A DNA stretch of 64,000 nucleotides. Origin: Octopus sinensis (taxonomy: Eukaryota). This document shows positions 26,971 to 40,015 of this stretch, piece by piece. How positions within the stretch are numbered: the stretch's first letter is position 1; each line of letters opens with the position of its first letter. Location of the stretch: contig NC_043006.1 of NCBI RefSeq assembly GCF_006345805.1, forward strand, positions 61,442,001-61,506,000, given 5' to 3'. The translations under genes were made by a program, and so were the position numbers. The notes under the pieces are model-generated. The model saw only the letters and a program-made list of their open reading frames with translations. It had not been told where the DNA came from and did not search any database.

Positions 26971-27709
26971 CGGTAATTTCAACCAATCAATGACGTGTAT
27001 TCAGCTGAATGAAATTACTGATGTCGTTTGTCAACAACTTCCGACGGTGTATATTTCGTTTGTCACTGTTATTTATGGCATATTTCATCTCAGTTACCTT
27101 CGTATGAATAAACAAGTGTATCTGAAGCACGTTTACTTCATGACACCACCAAAATCGATGTGCATTTCTATGGTTTTAGTGATTTTGCTCCTGTTTTTCA
27201 GCTACTATTTTCGGAAAGACTTTCTCCCGTCTCCCCATTTTCTCACAAATTATTGTTTGTTTAAAAAAATTTTTTTTTGCCAAAACCCAAGCTTTTCGGA
27301 TGCGGAGATTCCGGAAAATTGCCAAAATTCGGTATTTTGAAATTTTTTGCCCGCCTATCCCTTCTCCTCCAATTTCTTCATCTTTAACTTTTTTCAGTAT
27401 CACTAACCCTAAAACAGCAACCCTAACCTTAATCCTAAAGCCCCAACGTTAACCCTAACTGAATCCTAAATCTAACGCTAACCCTAACCCTAAAACCTAA
27501 CCCTAACACCAAAAAGCTAACCATACCCCTAATATCCTAACAGTAACCCTAAGTAGAAATTTTGAAAACTAAAACCAGTACAAACACACAAAAGATGTCA
27601 TAAGTAACAGTGACAAACGAAATATAACCCCAACGATAGTTGTTGTTGACAAACAACAGCAGACATTTTATTCAAATGAATACACGTCATTGATTGGTTG
27701 AAATTACCG
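26971..27709. mobile_element. Foldback/MITE-like element with ~110-bp inverted repeats
   Basis: 26971-27081 (CGGTAATTTCAACCAATCAATGACGTGTATTCA...ATATTTCGTTTGTCACTGTTA) is the reverse complement of 27595-27709; an inner 10-bp IR TGGTTTTAGT/ACTAAAACCA lies at 27171-27180 and 27568-27577. Confidence 0.85.
27403..27552 (+). repeat. Degenerate interstitial (TAACCC)n telomere-like tract
   Basis: CTAACCCTAA..AACCCTAACC..CTAACCCTAACCCTAAAACCTAACCCTAAC; this is TTAGGG on the minus strand. Confidence 0.85.
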
Positions 27710-27711
27710 AA

Positions 27712-27815
27712 TTGGTTTTACGGGGACGTAAACACAGCAACATTAGTTGTCAGGCAATGGTGGGAGGACAAACACAGACATACACATGCATACGTACATA
27801 CATACACACACGCGC

Positions 27816-27891
<76 letters not shown>

Positions 27892-28014
27892 GTATATATA
27901 TATGCAACGGGCTTGGTAGGCCCAAACCTATATTAGAAGGTGCCACCAAGTTGGATTGAACACTGAACCATGTGGTTGGTAAGGAAGCTACGTACCACAC
28001 AGCCACTTCTGCGC
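27712..28014 (-). mobile_element. SINE family A (internally deleted), abutting the right IR
   Basis: TACGGGGACGTAAACAC..GGACAAACACAGAC + microsatellite + GAACCATGTGGTTGGTAAGGAAGCTACGTACCACACAGCCACTTCTGCGC (tRNA-like head). Confidence 0.85.
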
Positions 28015-28195
28015 GTGTATCTTAGTAGTTCATTTCGTAACTACTTGGAATTTTACACATTGTATTCATTTTCATATCTCCTATATATGATGTTTGAAAC
28101 AAGTTAGTGAGTTTAGCCATAAATTTACGCTAATAAATATATCCTACAATACTCATTGACAACTTCTATTGTTTGCAGGTCTATATACATATATA

Positions 28196-28237
<42 letters not shown>

Positions 28238-28686
28238 CTCTCTCTATCTCTCTATCTATCTATGCATTTGTATCTTAGATAGATAGATAGATAAATAGAT
28301 AGATGGACAGGCAGATGTATATAAATACATTACACATATATACATTTACACATGATGCAAAGTGTGCTGTAGAGAACTCATCGTTATTATGCATTTATAT
28401 TTTATCGATTATATCATTAAAAATACATAGCGGTTCCTTGCTGGTATCGTATTAATATAAATAATGAATGGTGCTTTCTTTCCCTTTGTAGGAATACATT
28501 TACATCCATGGTCATTAACTGAACTACAACTGAACGTAATTTCTTTCGTAGTTGTGTAAATATTGGTTTACTTGGTTTCTGCCCAGTGGTTAGACAACAT
28601 TAAACACATCTCAGATGAAAATTGTTTCAATCATGGCGATATGTTTCTGTATGCAAATATCTAATAGCATTTTATCCACTGTAATA

Positions 28687-28722
<36 letters not shown>

Positions 28723-29737
28723 TATATATATATAATATATATATATATATATACATATATATTAATACTTATAGATAATTTTAATTGATTGTCTTTTGCT
28801 AAAAGTTGAAAGCACGGGCTCGAGATTTCGATTTGGGGTCGAATGTTAATATTTTTGTCTGGGTGTATATTTGTATGAGATCAATATTTGCTGACGTTCA
28901 CATCACGCTGCATTTGTCATTCTAACCTATATTCAAGTGCAGTAGTAGCTAGCAAATTATATTACTATAATTTGTCTAGGGAATGCAGTTTCTTGCTAAG
29001 TTTTAGCATGCATATCTCACCATTTATTTTCGAGAGATGTCATTATTGCTTCTTTAGATTGCACTTTTGTCCACCAATGAAAAGTTCAGTGGCGCATCCT
29101 GCAAAATATAAAATATACATACAGAAGTTTTTAAAAAATGTTTCTAGCAAAAGAGTCATATTCCTACAAATTGATTTCAATTCCCTCTTCGCCTGCCATA
29201 ATTTTACAGCACAATTTACTATTTATCTTCCTGATAAATATATTTTTGTAACCATCCTGTACATTTAAAAGTCTATCCTGGGACAACGATGTTATATATG
29301 GAAATATATCCGTTGTTCATTTAGATTTCAATCTGGCCACTGAAGCTTCTGCTATTTGAAAGCATTTCACTCTCAAATCACACAGACTGTGTTTTGAAAA
29401 TCGACATAATAACAGAAAAAAAATGGAATCTACCACTGATGGTAAAATTTCGGCTACCGTTGATCTTGGGCAAGTCAAAGAATATTTTTGCACCAAGATA
29501 TGAACTTCAACTCGTTTCTGTATATTTATCCGTGATGTTTTCTGTCAATGCTGAAATGAAGCGGACATATTTTCGAAATAAGACGAAGTATGGACTTTAG
29601 TTATGACAATGTTGTTAATTTTCAAACGTAAGTTAGTTATCAGGATACAAAAGCAAATATATTACATGCATTATTATATTACAGATTAACTTATATTGTC
29701 CTATTGTATGACTCGCTATCTGGAGTAATTGGCAGCA

Positions 29738-29900
29738 ATATTGGTTATCAAATTTTGTAACAAGGCCAGTAATTTCAGGAGAGGGATAATTCGATTACAT
29801 TGAGAGGATGAAAAGCAAAGTCGATGTGGCAGAATTTGAACTCAGAATGTAAAGACAGACGTAAGACTGCTAAGCATTTTGCCCGGCGTAATCGCTACCA
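29738..29900 (-). mobile_element. Degenerate family-B-like SINE
   Basis: CAAGGCCAGTAATTT..GGATGAAAAGCAAAGTCGA..GAATTTGAACTCAGAATGTAAAGACAGACG..CTAAGCATTTTGCCCGGCG. Confidence 0.75.
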
Positions 29901-30883
29901 TTGTTGGATAGAATATTAAAGGTATTAAGAAGTATTTTTGCTGAAAGATAGTGCTACATTTGTTACTGTATTGCTTTTTAGGTGATAAGCTAATTCGAAA
30001 TCGTTTGGGTGTGCTTTAACATCTAATTATAATGTGGTTCCTTAGCAGATCATTAGAATTTACGGCAAAAATGTTTGCAGTATATGTCCCTGGCCTGTAT
30101 CCTACAGAGTTCAGAGCGCAGCAAATTAAGAATTGATTGTCTTTCTTACGAAGTAGCTAATATAATATACTATTTAAGTACTTGATTCAAATAATCAATT
30201 GTTCACTCTCACAAAATATATTCGTCTTTTTGTCAAGGCAGGATTAAATTATTTTCCTTTCTTTTAAATATTATAATTATGTTTCTAGAACTGCGACAAA
30301 CCAATACTGTCGTTCAAATGCGCTAAAGATTCCCCTCACTACGCTCTAAACTAGTCCACTTCCGATGTAGTTTAAAAACAACGCTCGATTCCATACACGG
30401 ACGGTAAATTTGAAATGCTATTTTGCCGTTGTAAGTAACAAAAACTGAAAATACACTGCAGATTTCTAAGAAGCATCAGTGATTTGATTATAAACATGCG
30501 GATGAAGAAAACCAATGTCGGCTACAGCTTAATTTTGGATCAGAAAGCTGAGTACAGAGATGCATATCATGAGTGCCTTATATCTACCGCTATACATAGG
30601 CAGCCATTTCGCTCGATATTACTCTCTCTTGATCCCAATCTACCTATTTGCTCTTTAATCATTTAGAAATGTATTTAAACAGTTTCCAAATAAGGAGGTT
30701 TAATTAGAAATAACGTAGATAAAAGTTCCCATTAGTTAGCTTAGTCAACTAACCGCAAATTTACTTTAATTAAATTTTAACAGACTCATACTAAGCCTTG
30801 TCATAGCTTTTTGTGAAGTGATACAAAATACCATTAGAAATTCAACTTCCTTTACACATTTCACTTACTAATTGATTTCTATA

Positions 30884-31763
30884 CAGGGTGGGGCAGAGAG
30901 ATCGGACGTTTCTGAAAGGGCTGTTACTCAGCTCCGGTGGGAGGGACATATATTCGACAGGTAAAATTCTGACCGTGGTGTCTTAGCATTTTGTTTTCTT
31001 TTCATGTGTAATCATGGGGCTGTGGATGAAAGAGCATCGCGTGTTTGCTTACGACAGTTGCGTGAAGAATAATGAGTCTGTCAGAGCAGTGTGAGTTTCG
31101 GCGCCATTCAACTTTCACTGAAATCAGGCTGTTCCCACCCGTATCACAATCTTACGTTGGGTAAGTGCACTTGGTACATGAGATACACTAATGAATATGG
31201 GACAAGTGGGGGGGTGCCACACGCGGTACGGGCCCCAGAAAATGTGGAATGCGTCAGACAAGCTTTGATACGGAGTCCAACTTACGCTGTGTTGAACAAA
31301 CCCACTGAACTTGTCATCGGCAATCGATAGGTAAGGCGTATTTTCTTGAAGACCTGCGTTTCCACCTGTGCAAATTGGTCATTGGGCAACAGTTCAAACC
31401 ATGGGACTATGCACATCGGCTTAACTTCGAAAGTTAGTTGGAAGCAATTTTTTAGGCAAATGACAAGATCATTTTGTTAATGAATAAGGAAGCTCGTTTT
31501 CGTCTCAATGGCATGGTCAATTAACAGAACTGTCGTTATTAAGTTCTTCAAAATCCAAGAAAACTTCACGAAAGACAACCGAAGTGTTGAAAATGTTGCT
31601 GTTGTTGGACCTTCCTTTTTTTAAGATAATAATGGAACTGCTCTTACTGTGAACTCCAAGCGTTACATCGATATGATAAACAACTCTGTTCCTGAATTGC
31701 GACGAAACCGTATGCTAATTCAACATATGTGTTTTCAGCAAGATGGGGCGACGATCCGCATAA
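30884..31763 (+). mobile_element. 3'-truncated Tc1/mariner-superfamily element (DUF4817-type HTH, rosa/DD41D-like)
   Basis: TA|CAGGGTG terminus; ATG at 31014: MGLWMKEHRVFAYDSCVKNNESVRAV..FRRHF..VPTRITILRWV..RAPENVECVRQALIRSP..EARFRLNGMVN*QNCRY..GPSFF..TVNSKRYIDM..FQQDGAT. The third catalytic residue is absent, so the DDxD class cannot be confirmed. Confidence 0.85.
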
Positions 31764-31949
31764 CCAGTCTCTAAGAGATGCTATCACACTAATATGAATA
31801 TAATTACCCTCACCTTTATACATACATACATGCGTACTTACATGCGTTCATACATGTACGCACACATACATGTGTACATACATGTATGGAGATGCGTACA
31901 TACACATACATACATGTATACATACATACTTACTTACATACATACATAG

Positions 31950-33690
31950 AGAAGCTAAATGCCTCAGTGAAAAACTCTGACATTAGAATAGAATAACTGA
32001 GAGAAGAACAGTAAACAAAAAAATAACCGCAACCAGGCAGCAGTATGCAGAGAAATGAGAGGAGGAGCAGTGAACATCACGGAAGCTCATTCACGAGAAG
32101 ACTTTAACTCGTCTGGAGGGTAATGTGAAGTGAAGAGAAGGAATTCAACCAATCCAAAATTGTTATTCCACCTGGGTCACATACAAATCATAAGCATTGA
32201 TGCATTTGTGATCCAGAAACTCCAGGGTGGAAAAGCACCTGGAAGAGACTTGACTGATTGATATTCCTACAAGAAGCTAACATTCTACCGACCATATCTT
32301 ATCAATCTGTAATAGCAAGGTCTCATTGAGAAAAGTATCATATCAGACTGATTAGCTCTGGCAGAGACAAAATTGCCCCAAATGAAGAACCAACCACATG
32401 CCAAAACACTACCGGCCGATTGCATGCCAGATATTGATGTAGAAGATATATATGTATAGCATATTTAAACCTCCCCCTCCAGGACCATTGAGAAAAACCA
32501 ATAACAGTATCACTCTCAGAAGAAGCGGCTGGGAAAAATGGAGACTACGAATGCGCGTTGAAATTGCTAATCAACAAAACTGTGATGTCAGTGGTACGAG
32601 AACACAGGAGGAATCTAGTTTTAATGTGGCTAGACTACAAAAATAAAAAATAAAAAAAATAAATAAAGCATTGACTCTGATCCCCACTCACTGATGCTAG
32701 AAGCTCTTCAACTTGCTTAAGTTCCAGTGAGAATAGTGAAAGCCATAGCTGATCTGACTTCATCATAGGCCACCATCTTCAAATTGAACACAAAAAGTGA
32801 AGGTATTATCACCGATAGAATACAGTATCGCAAAGGCATATTCCAAGTACACATTTTCTCTGAGATTTTGCTTATATATTCTGTAAACCCCTGGTCATTA
32901 GTGTTAAGGAAGTTTGAAGGATATCTCACTGGTCCACAAGGAAACAGATATATAAGAATTACACACTGTTTCTTTGTGGATGACCTAATATTTTATGCAA
33001 AGACTATGCATGAAATGAAAAAATCCTTGACCTAATTACAGCATTCTCAAAGGATGAAGGGTTGGAGTTTGGTCAGGATAAATGCTGTCATATGACTCTG
33101 AAAAGGGAGAAAACTATAACCCAGACTAATAACATCTCCATGAATGATCTTACTGTTTCCCCTATATCTGACGAGGAATGTTGCAGGTATCTAGGGGTGG
33201 ATAGAAATATATCTTACAATGGCACCTGTAACAAAACATGTGTCACTAAAGAATATTACAACTGAATAAAAAAGAATTGGACCTCAGAACTCTCTGCATT
33301 CAATAAACAGTGGACCACACTGTGCTTGCAGTGCCAGTACTCTTACCAAAATTTGGGCTGGTTGATAAGATGAGCCGAGCCATTGATGCGAAAGCCCCAA
33401 AATACTAACAAGTACATATAATGTCCACACAAACAATGAAGTAGGCGGCCACTACCTAAAACGAGCAGAGGCTTAACATTGATCGAAAATGCCTTTGAAT
33501 GTTGCATCATATCCCTTCAGCCACATCTTTTTTAACACCAAGTGTCGGAGTGCAACCCTTGGCCAACTTTGCCTACACGAGGCTGACAACATCCTAAGAC
33601 TTAGAAAGCAGCCCCTTGAGCAATACTCTTTGTCTAATAACCTAGAATACATGCCCAAAGAAGTCGCTTTCATTTATGAAAATGTATACA
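31950..33690 (+). mobile_element. Decayed R4/Dong-like non-LTR retrotransposon (RT region)
   Basis: IQYRKGIFQ..SVNPWSLVLRKFEGY..ITHCFFVDDLIFYAK / MEFGQDKC..CRYLGVD..KEYYN*IKKNWTSELSAFNK..LAVPVL / YLKRA.GLTLIE. No restriction-like endonuclease seen. Confidence 0.75.
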
Positions 33691-35053
33691 TCAATCTTGT
33701 ATTACAATAAGTCCCGGCCAAAATAATATATACTGCATTAATATCCATTGCACTTCCGTTGCGTTGTTGCCGGTATTCAACTCATAAAGGAGAATATGCC
33801 GAATATGCTCCTTTGTCACTTCCTTTGTCACTGTTAAAATTCAACTGCACACATCAAATCTTTCACAAAGAATAAGAACAAGGTAAAATTACTACCTGCT
33901 TATATTGCAAGCTGATGCAGGTAGTTTTTACTGTCCCCCTCCGAATTTTAGTTCATGCAATTGAAAAAAACCGTATACGTTATGTGACGACCCAATGCAT
34001 ATAAATAGTTGATAAGTAGCTTTCTATATTATAATACAAATGTGACTAATTCCGACAAATGTTACTATCATTATTAACACATCGTCACTCTCGTAACGCA
34101 ATACTTTGTAATTTTGTTTCAATTTGAAGGTATGAAACTATTATCAATATTTAATGAAATCTGCTCGTTGTAGAGCAGTGTCCTTCCAATAACTAAAGCT
34201 AATTGTTGATCAACGTAGAAAATATGCAAATGAAAATAAAGTTTATTTCGCAGGCCTAAGATTACTGAATCTTTTGATACACCATACGTCAAAATCGGCA
34301 ACTAGAGTTTTCGAATGCATAAGGAATATGAGCACACACACAAATACAAACTCTCTTTTATATATATATATAGATTATAAATTTTATGTGCGTGTGTGTA
34401 TACACTATTAAATACTTATATTCATTTGTGCACTCACATACATACATACATACTATTGATGAATCCGCTCACTTCATTGCGTGATGTGTAGCCAATTTCT
34501 TTTTCAATATATATACATACATATATCTATTTAATGATACCCTCATTGTCGCTGTCATGAATGTGCATCTCTACATGTACCTCTACCAATATTTTTCCAC
34601 TTATTTTCTTTACAAATTTTCTCTATCTATATCAGGCATCAGAAGATACTTCCAACACACGGAAAATAAAGCTACAGTGAAACCTTATTGGGGGTCCTTC
34701 ATTTAGATTTATTCATTTCTATATATCGTGATATGTCTGTTTACTTTTAATAATTCCACTTTGAAAATAACTACGATATTCATCTTATAACAATGTTCTG
34801 CAAGTACTTGTATACCATTCCCTATTTTGCTCGGTGCAAATCGGTGACCAATGGTCATTTGGTTTACAATATATTCTTAGCGTTAGCGAACTCTAGCTAT
34901 CGCTCTGATATACAGGTGCTCGCGACTGAGGATAAATTAAATAGCTTGTTGGAATCTTATTCATTAATTCATGGTTAATCTTTGCTAATCATTTTTTTTC
35001 GCGCAAGAATTGTCCTTTCACACAAACATTCATGTCAATTATAATTATTTGTC

Positions 35054-35187
35054 GAGGTCGACTTTGCCTTTCATCCTTTCGGGGTCGATAAATTAAGTAC
35101 TAGTTACGCACTGGCGTCGATTTAATCTGTTTGTCTGTCCTTGTTTGCCCCCTCTGTGTTTAGCCCCTTGTGGGTAGTAAAGAAATA
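35054..35187 (+). mobile_element. 5'-truncated SINE family B with 14-bp TSD
   Basis: GAGGTCGACTTTGCCTTTCATCCTTTCGGGGTCGATAAATTAAGTAC...GTGGGTAGTAAAGAAAT; TATAATTATTTGTC at 35040-35053 and 35188-35201. Confidence 0.92.
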
Positions 35188-35209
35188 TATAATTATTTGT
35201 CAAGTCTAG

Positions 35210-36500
35210 AAATACCCATCTTTCAATTCAGCTGGGGAATTCCCCGTGATAGCAAAATATCCTCATTCCCATAAAATGCTACTTTCCCATTTCCGAAATT
35301 GGTGAGCTATGTTGAAAAATTGTTCTGCACATTAGTCTCATGTAATAAAGCTCACACATCGGTATTGGAGGAGAATTTATGTACTTTATTCCATAGGTAT
35401 GCTTTTATTTAAGATCTTGTTCGTCACGAAATGACTGGTAATATCTGTCTGAAATCTCCTGATAAAACTAATGTAACTCATCCCATAGATTTATTGTTGC
35501 CTCTTATGTTCTGTAAGATCTTATCAAGATCTTCCATTGCACGTCTATGTGACATGGACCATTCATCCCAAATGATCAAGTGGTCTGGCGCAACACTTCT
35601 GCTGAACCTTTGCTTATGTTACATACTGAACTATCATTTGTGACCAGGTTTAGCGGTAATTTAAAAGCAGAAAGAGCTGCTCGTCATCCCGGGAGTATGG
35701 TGGCATAATTTATCGCTCTTGCTATGTCTCTTGACGTTAAATCACTAACCGTACAGTTTGCTTTTGGCAACCCAGAGCCAGACACTTGTTAATGCTTGCC
35801 TCCGATGGACAAAACTTGATTCCCAATTTCAATCAATTAAGAATTGTTTCAGAGAACTCAAGATTGATATCTGGGTTTGCGTGGTGGACTGATCTGACGC
35901 TGTTTCCTCCAATGCTGTAGGGGACTACTAAGCTGACACATGTTCAGTATAATTCAAAAAACGTTTCGGAGTTTCCTTTGAGCATCTCATATTAATGACT
36001 CTGTCAATGCAAAGTCCCAATGGTCATCATTTTCTAAAAAAATCTTGTTGATTTCATGCTTCCCTATAAGTTTCACACACACGACAACTTACCCTCCCCG
36101 AAACTTGGAATGATTTCGGACCACGTGATTCATGCAAAAGAAGCCGTAAGTAGAAGTATTCTGCCGGGCTTGGGTGGACACTGTAAACTCTTGCAAGAGC
36201 GACAGACCCACATTTTCTCTTGCGCTATTTACTGTTTTTCGAGATGTAATACATGGCTAATTGTGGATAAAGGAGTTTTCATGCATTTTTACCTACTTGC
36301 CACAGCTTTAAAAAAAAGTAGTAAGGGTAGATTCTGTTGGAGAAAGTGCTTGTTGCAAAGCTGTTTCTTTGTAACGATAAACGTGTGGCCATTCTCAAGA
36401 TAGACACTCAGATGAATAATGGGTGGGTGTTCATCATAAATGGAAAAAATTAAGATGCGTCAAAAAGCCTCGTTGCTGCATTGTTCTCAGAAACAGATTT
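35210..36500 (-). mobile_element. Helitron RepHel remnant (linker + PIF1 helicase N-terminal part)
   Basis: PIIHLSVYLENGH; ALARVYSVHPSPAEYFYLRLLLHESRGPKS; DDHWDFALTES; ATILPG*RAALSAFKLPLNL..CNISKGS; IIWDEWSMSHRRAMEDLDKIL..LVLSGDFRQILPVI. Confidence 0.9.
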
Positions 36501-36856
36501 AAAAATAAAAATGGGTATTAAAAAAAGATGATCTTCACAAGAGTGATTGAAATAAATGGCGATTTCGGAACGCTCATACACACACACACATACATACAGT
36601 ATCAATCATCTCCTGAAATGCACACGTGTGTTTGAGAGAAAGAGCGCGCGCGCGAGAGAGAGAGAGAGAGAGCGGGTGAAGAGGTGTGTTGTCATGTATA
36701 CGTACATACATAAATAAATAAGCATACATCTTTTTTTATATTTATGTGTGTGTGTACGTGAGTGAATGTGTGACAAAGAGTGCCACTTAGACATCAGTCT
36801 CTCTTTTCTGTGTCTCTCTCATATAAACACGCAAATATATATATAAAAATGTATGT

Positions 36857-36906
<50 letters not shown>

Positions 36907-37714
36907 CGTATTTATGTATACTTGACAACACACCTCTTCACCCACTCATTTTCTGTCTCTCTCTCTTTAACACATACATACATATATACATAAATGTATA
37001 CAAACGTACATACAAAAACACTTTTGTGGGTGTTTCACTGACATAGATCTGAACACGCCGCGCAAAATGTCAATAGAAAAATCCATTTACGGAAATTAGT
37101 TAAGTGTGCGGGTGGAAGCGAAAAAATGTCCCTTTTTTTGGGACGCCTCATGCTGAATTGCAAAATTCTAATGTGATATTTGTGTAATAACCAAATCAAA
37201 CAAAGAGTGTGTATGTTTATATTAGAGAGACAGTATATGAGAGAGAAAGAGAGAGAGAAAGAAAGAAAGAGAAAGATGTGGGCAAACAATGAATAAAATA
37301 AATATGGATTGAGAAAATCGTATGAATAAAAATTCGTTAAAATCAATATTGTACCGAATATTTAAATTTGAGAACTTAGTAAATATATCTTTCAGTAATT
37401 CATCTTAATTGTTTGCAAGTAGCGAATTAAAACATTAAAACAGAAAGTTAGAGATTTCGTAAATGAAAACAAGAAAATTTTGCCGTTGCAATGTCAACAC
37501 CGGAAGTTGACATTGAGAAACCTTTTAAAAATGTGAATCATATATATAAAGCAATATTATTTATTTTTGATAAAAAAAAAAAAAGAGTAATCCGAAGGAT
37601 CTGTTATGTACCCGAGGTCAAGTTATTCGTGCATCCCAAGTAAACAACTAATTCATGCAGCCGTTTCCGCCTGAAAAGCGAATATACGCACACGCAGAGT
37701 TCTGTTTCGTTTCG

Positions 37715-37750
<36 letters not shown>

Positions 37751-37760
37751 ATATATATTT

Positions 37761-37907
37761 GTGGCTGTGTGGTAAGAACCTTGCTTCCCAAACGCAGGGT
37801 TCTTATTTCAGTCCCACTGCATCGCACATTGGGAACATTTCTTCTACTATAGCCTCGGACCGACCAAAATTTGTGAGTAGATTTGGTAGAGGGAGACTGA
37901 AAGAATT
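37761..37907 (+). mobile_element. SINE family A 5' fragment
   Basis: GTGGCTGTGTGGTAAG..TTCAGTCCCACTGC..CTTCTACTATAGCCTCGGACCGACC..GATTTGGTAGAGGGAGACTGAAAGAA. Confidence 0.85.
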
Positions 37908-38019
37908 TATCACAAAAATTATCTGCTGACTGTCTGGCCAGAGAGAACTCAGTGCATGTAGATAATGGCCGCCCTGTCGAAAATGTGGATCTTCATGTGT
38001 TTCCAAGTGGATTTAATTT

Positions 38020-38370
38020 ACCTGACCTCTGGTGTCACAGAAGAAAAGATGCTCGTCTCATACAATTTAGGCTTGGCAGTCTGGGGCATTGCTCATATTT
38101 CTATAGAGTTTTTGTCCAATTCAACACAAAATTGTATTGCATAGCGATCTTCCGCAATGTCTTCACATCCCGACTGTATTCTGTATTAGTCAGCTGTGAT
38201 AATCAGCGTTTAGAAGGATGTATTCCAAGTTCTCTTACAGCCATATCCTCCAATCTTGTGCAACAAATAAACTGGTTTACTTCTTAGATGTACTAAAATT
38301 AAAATAATCTAGGACATGATAACTGCGTCTGCAATGAAATGACTCAAAACCTCTGGAATACATCACTTAT
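38020..38370 (-). mobile_element. mariner 5' fragment (N-terminal HTH)
   Basis: Minus strand EDRYAIQFCVELDKNSIEI*AM.QTA..CMRRAS, like mariner xRYAIKFCFKLGKNATET; no DDE region. Confidence 0.6.
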
Positions 38371-39254
38371 ACATCTTAGATAAGAAGATAAATACATGAA
38401 TATTTAGAATTAGATAAGCGAGAAAATAAAAGAGGCAATAATCTGGAAGAAAAAAGGGGGCTGGGTTTTAAGGAGGGACACGTGTGTAAGAGCTGTGGGT
38501 GTCAAATATTCGGACTTACAATCGATGAAGTGACTTGTCTCAACATGATTATCAGGAGTATGTGTGGTGTGGACAAAATATTTAATTTAAGTCTAAAAAC
38601 TAATGCCTGTTGGTAGAGAATGGTGGTTCACTAGTTCGAAACTGCTATGATAATTCAAAACAAAATGCGATTCTTTAGCTCTGAACGTACTTTGTAATCT
38701 AATGAAAAATTCTAAAGTTTGAAACAAATATTTTAATCAATACAAAATACATTTTTGTAGAATTCTATTTTTAACTTAATATTCATATGCCTTTTGTGAT
38801 ATATTCAGTTTTATGATTGCCTACTGTCGTCAGAAATCATATACGTATTCACACACACACATACACACACATGCACACATGCACACACAAACTTGCGCAC
38901 GCGCACACACACAAACATACACACACAGAGTAAAACATGCACACACGTGTTGAATGTGTACAATATAATTATGACTACGATATTAACCTTGCTCCACGGA
39001 CTTGTCTCGGAAAATTCAAAATCCATAATAAAATATCGAAAACAATGGGGATTATATATAATAACTCACAACTATCTTTTCACAATTATTCCCTGAAGTC
39101 GGCGTTTTAATGAAGCTGTACGTAAACAAAGAACTTATTTCATCTCACCTTAATCTATTTCTGTTCTCCGTTCAATATATAACTGCGCACATATTTACAA
39201 AAATATACACATCTGTCCATATATATTGAGACAATGAAATATTCGTACGTAATA

Positions 39255-39470
39255 GTAATTTCAAATTTTAATACAAGACCAGCAATTTTGTGGGATGGAG
39301 TAGGTCGATTAAATGGACAGCAGCGCTCAACTGGTAATTATTTTATCGACCCCAACGATTTCAAAGGCAAAGCAAATCTAGGTGGAATTTAGACTTAGAA
39401 AGTAAAGATAGACAAAATGCCGCTAAGCATTACACTCGGCCTGCTAACGATTTTGCCTGCTCCCTACCCA
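39255..39470 (-). mobile_element. Degenerate family-B-like SINE
   Basis: CAAGACCAGCAATTTT..GTCGATT..CAACTGGTAATTATTTTATCGACCCC..AAAGGCAAAG..GGAATTTAGACTTAGAA..CGCTAAGCAT..GCTAACGATTTTGCC. Confidence 0.75.
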
Positions 39471-39904
39471 AATTTGATACGCGATAATGATGGTAAATGG
39501 AGGTCGCTTCGAACTATATTTTGACATTCAATTCTAGGAAAAAGAAAAATATCCATGTGTTTGAGTATTTGTGAGATCATAACGTAACTTATATGCATTT
39601 GTATACCTTACACCTACATGACTGTATGTGTGTGTGCGTGTATAAAATAAAAATTGTTCAAATCCTTTCTGACTGTGCGAGATTTGTGTACGTGGTGAAC
39701 TATTGATTATAATCAATATATCCAAAAAACCGGTGTCTCTGCAATGAAAAACATATTTCATTCTAGCATTGGCAAATGTACACTGGTTTGCATGTAGGGA
39801 TAGTTGATTACATCGTCTCGATGCTCAACTCGTGCTCAAAAATATAGAGAAAATACTAATTATCCGACGTACCAATTACAAACTTCCTATGTGATCGTCT
39901 CCTT

Positions 39905-40015
39905 TACATGAAATGTTTTCAAATGTTGGCACAAGACTAGCAATTTCAAGGGAGTATCTAAGTCGATTAGGTCGAACCCAGTGCTCAACTACAACATATT
40001 TTATCGACTTATTCC
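39905..40015 (-). mobile_element. Family-B-like SINE 3' fragment
   Basis: GTTGGCACAAGACTAGCAATTTC..AAGTCGATTAGGTCGAACCCAGTGCTCAACT..TTTATCGAC. Confidence 0.7.
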
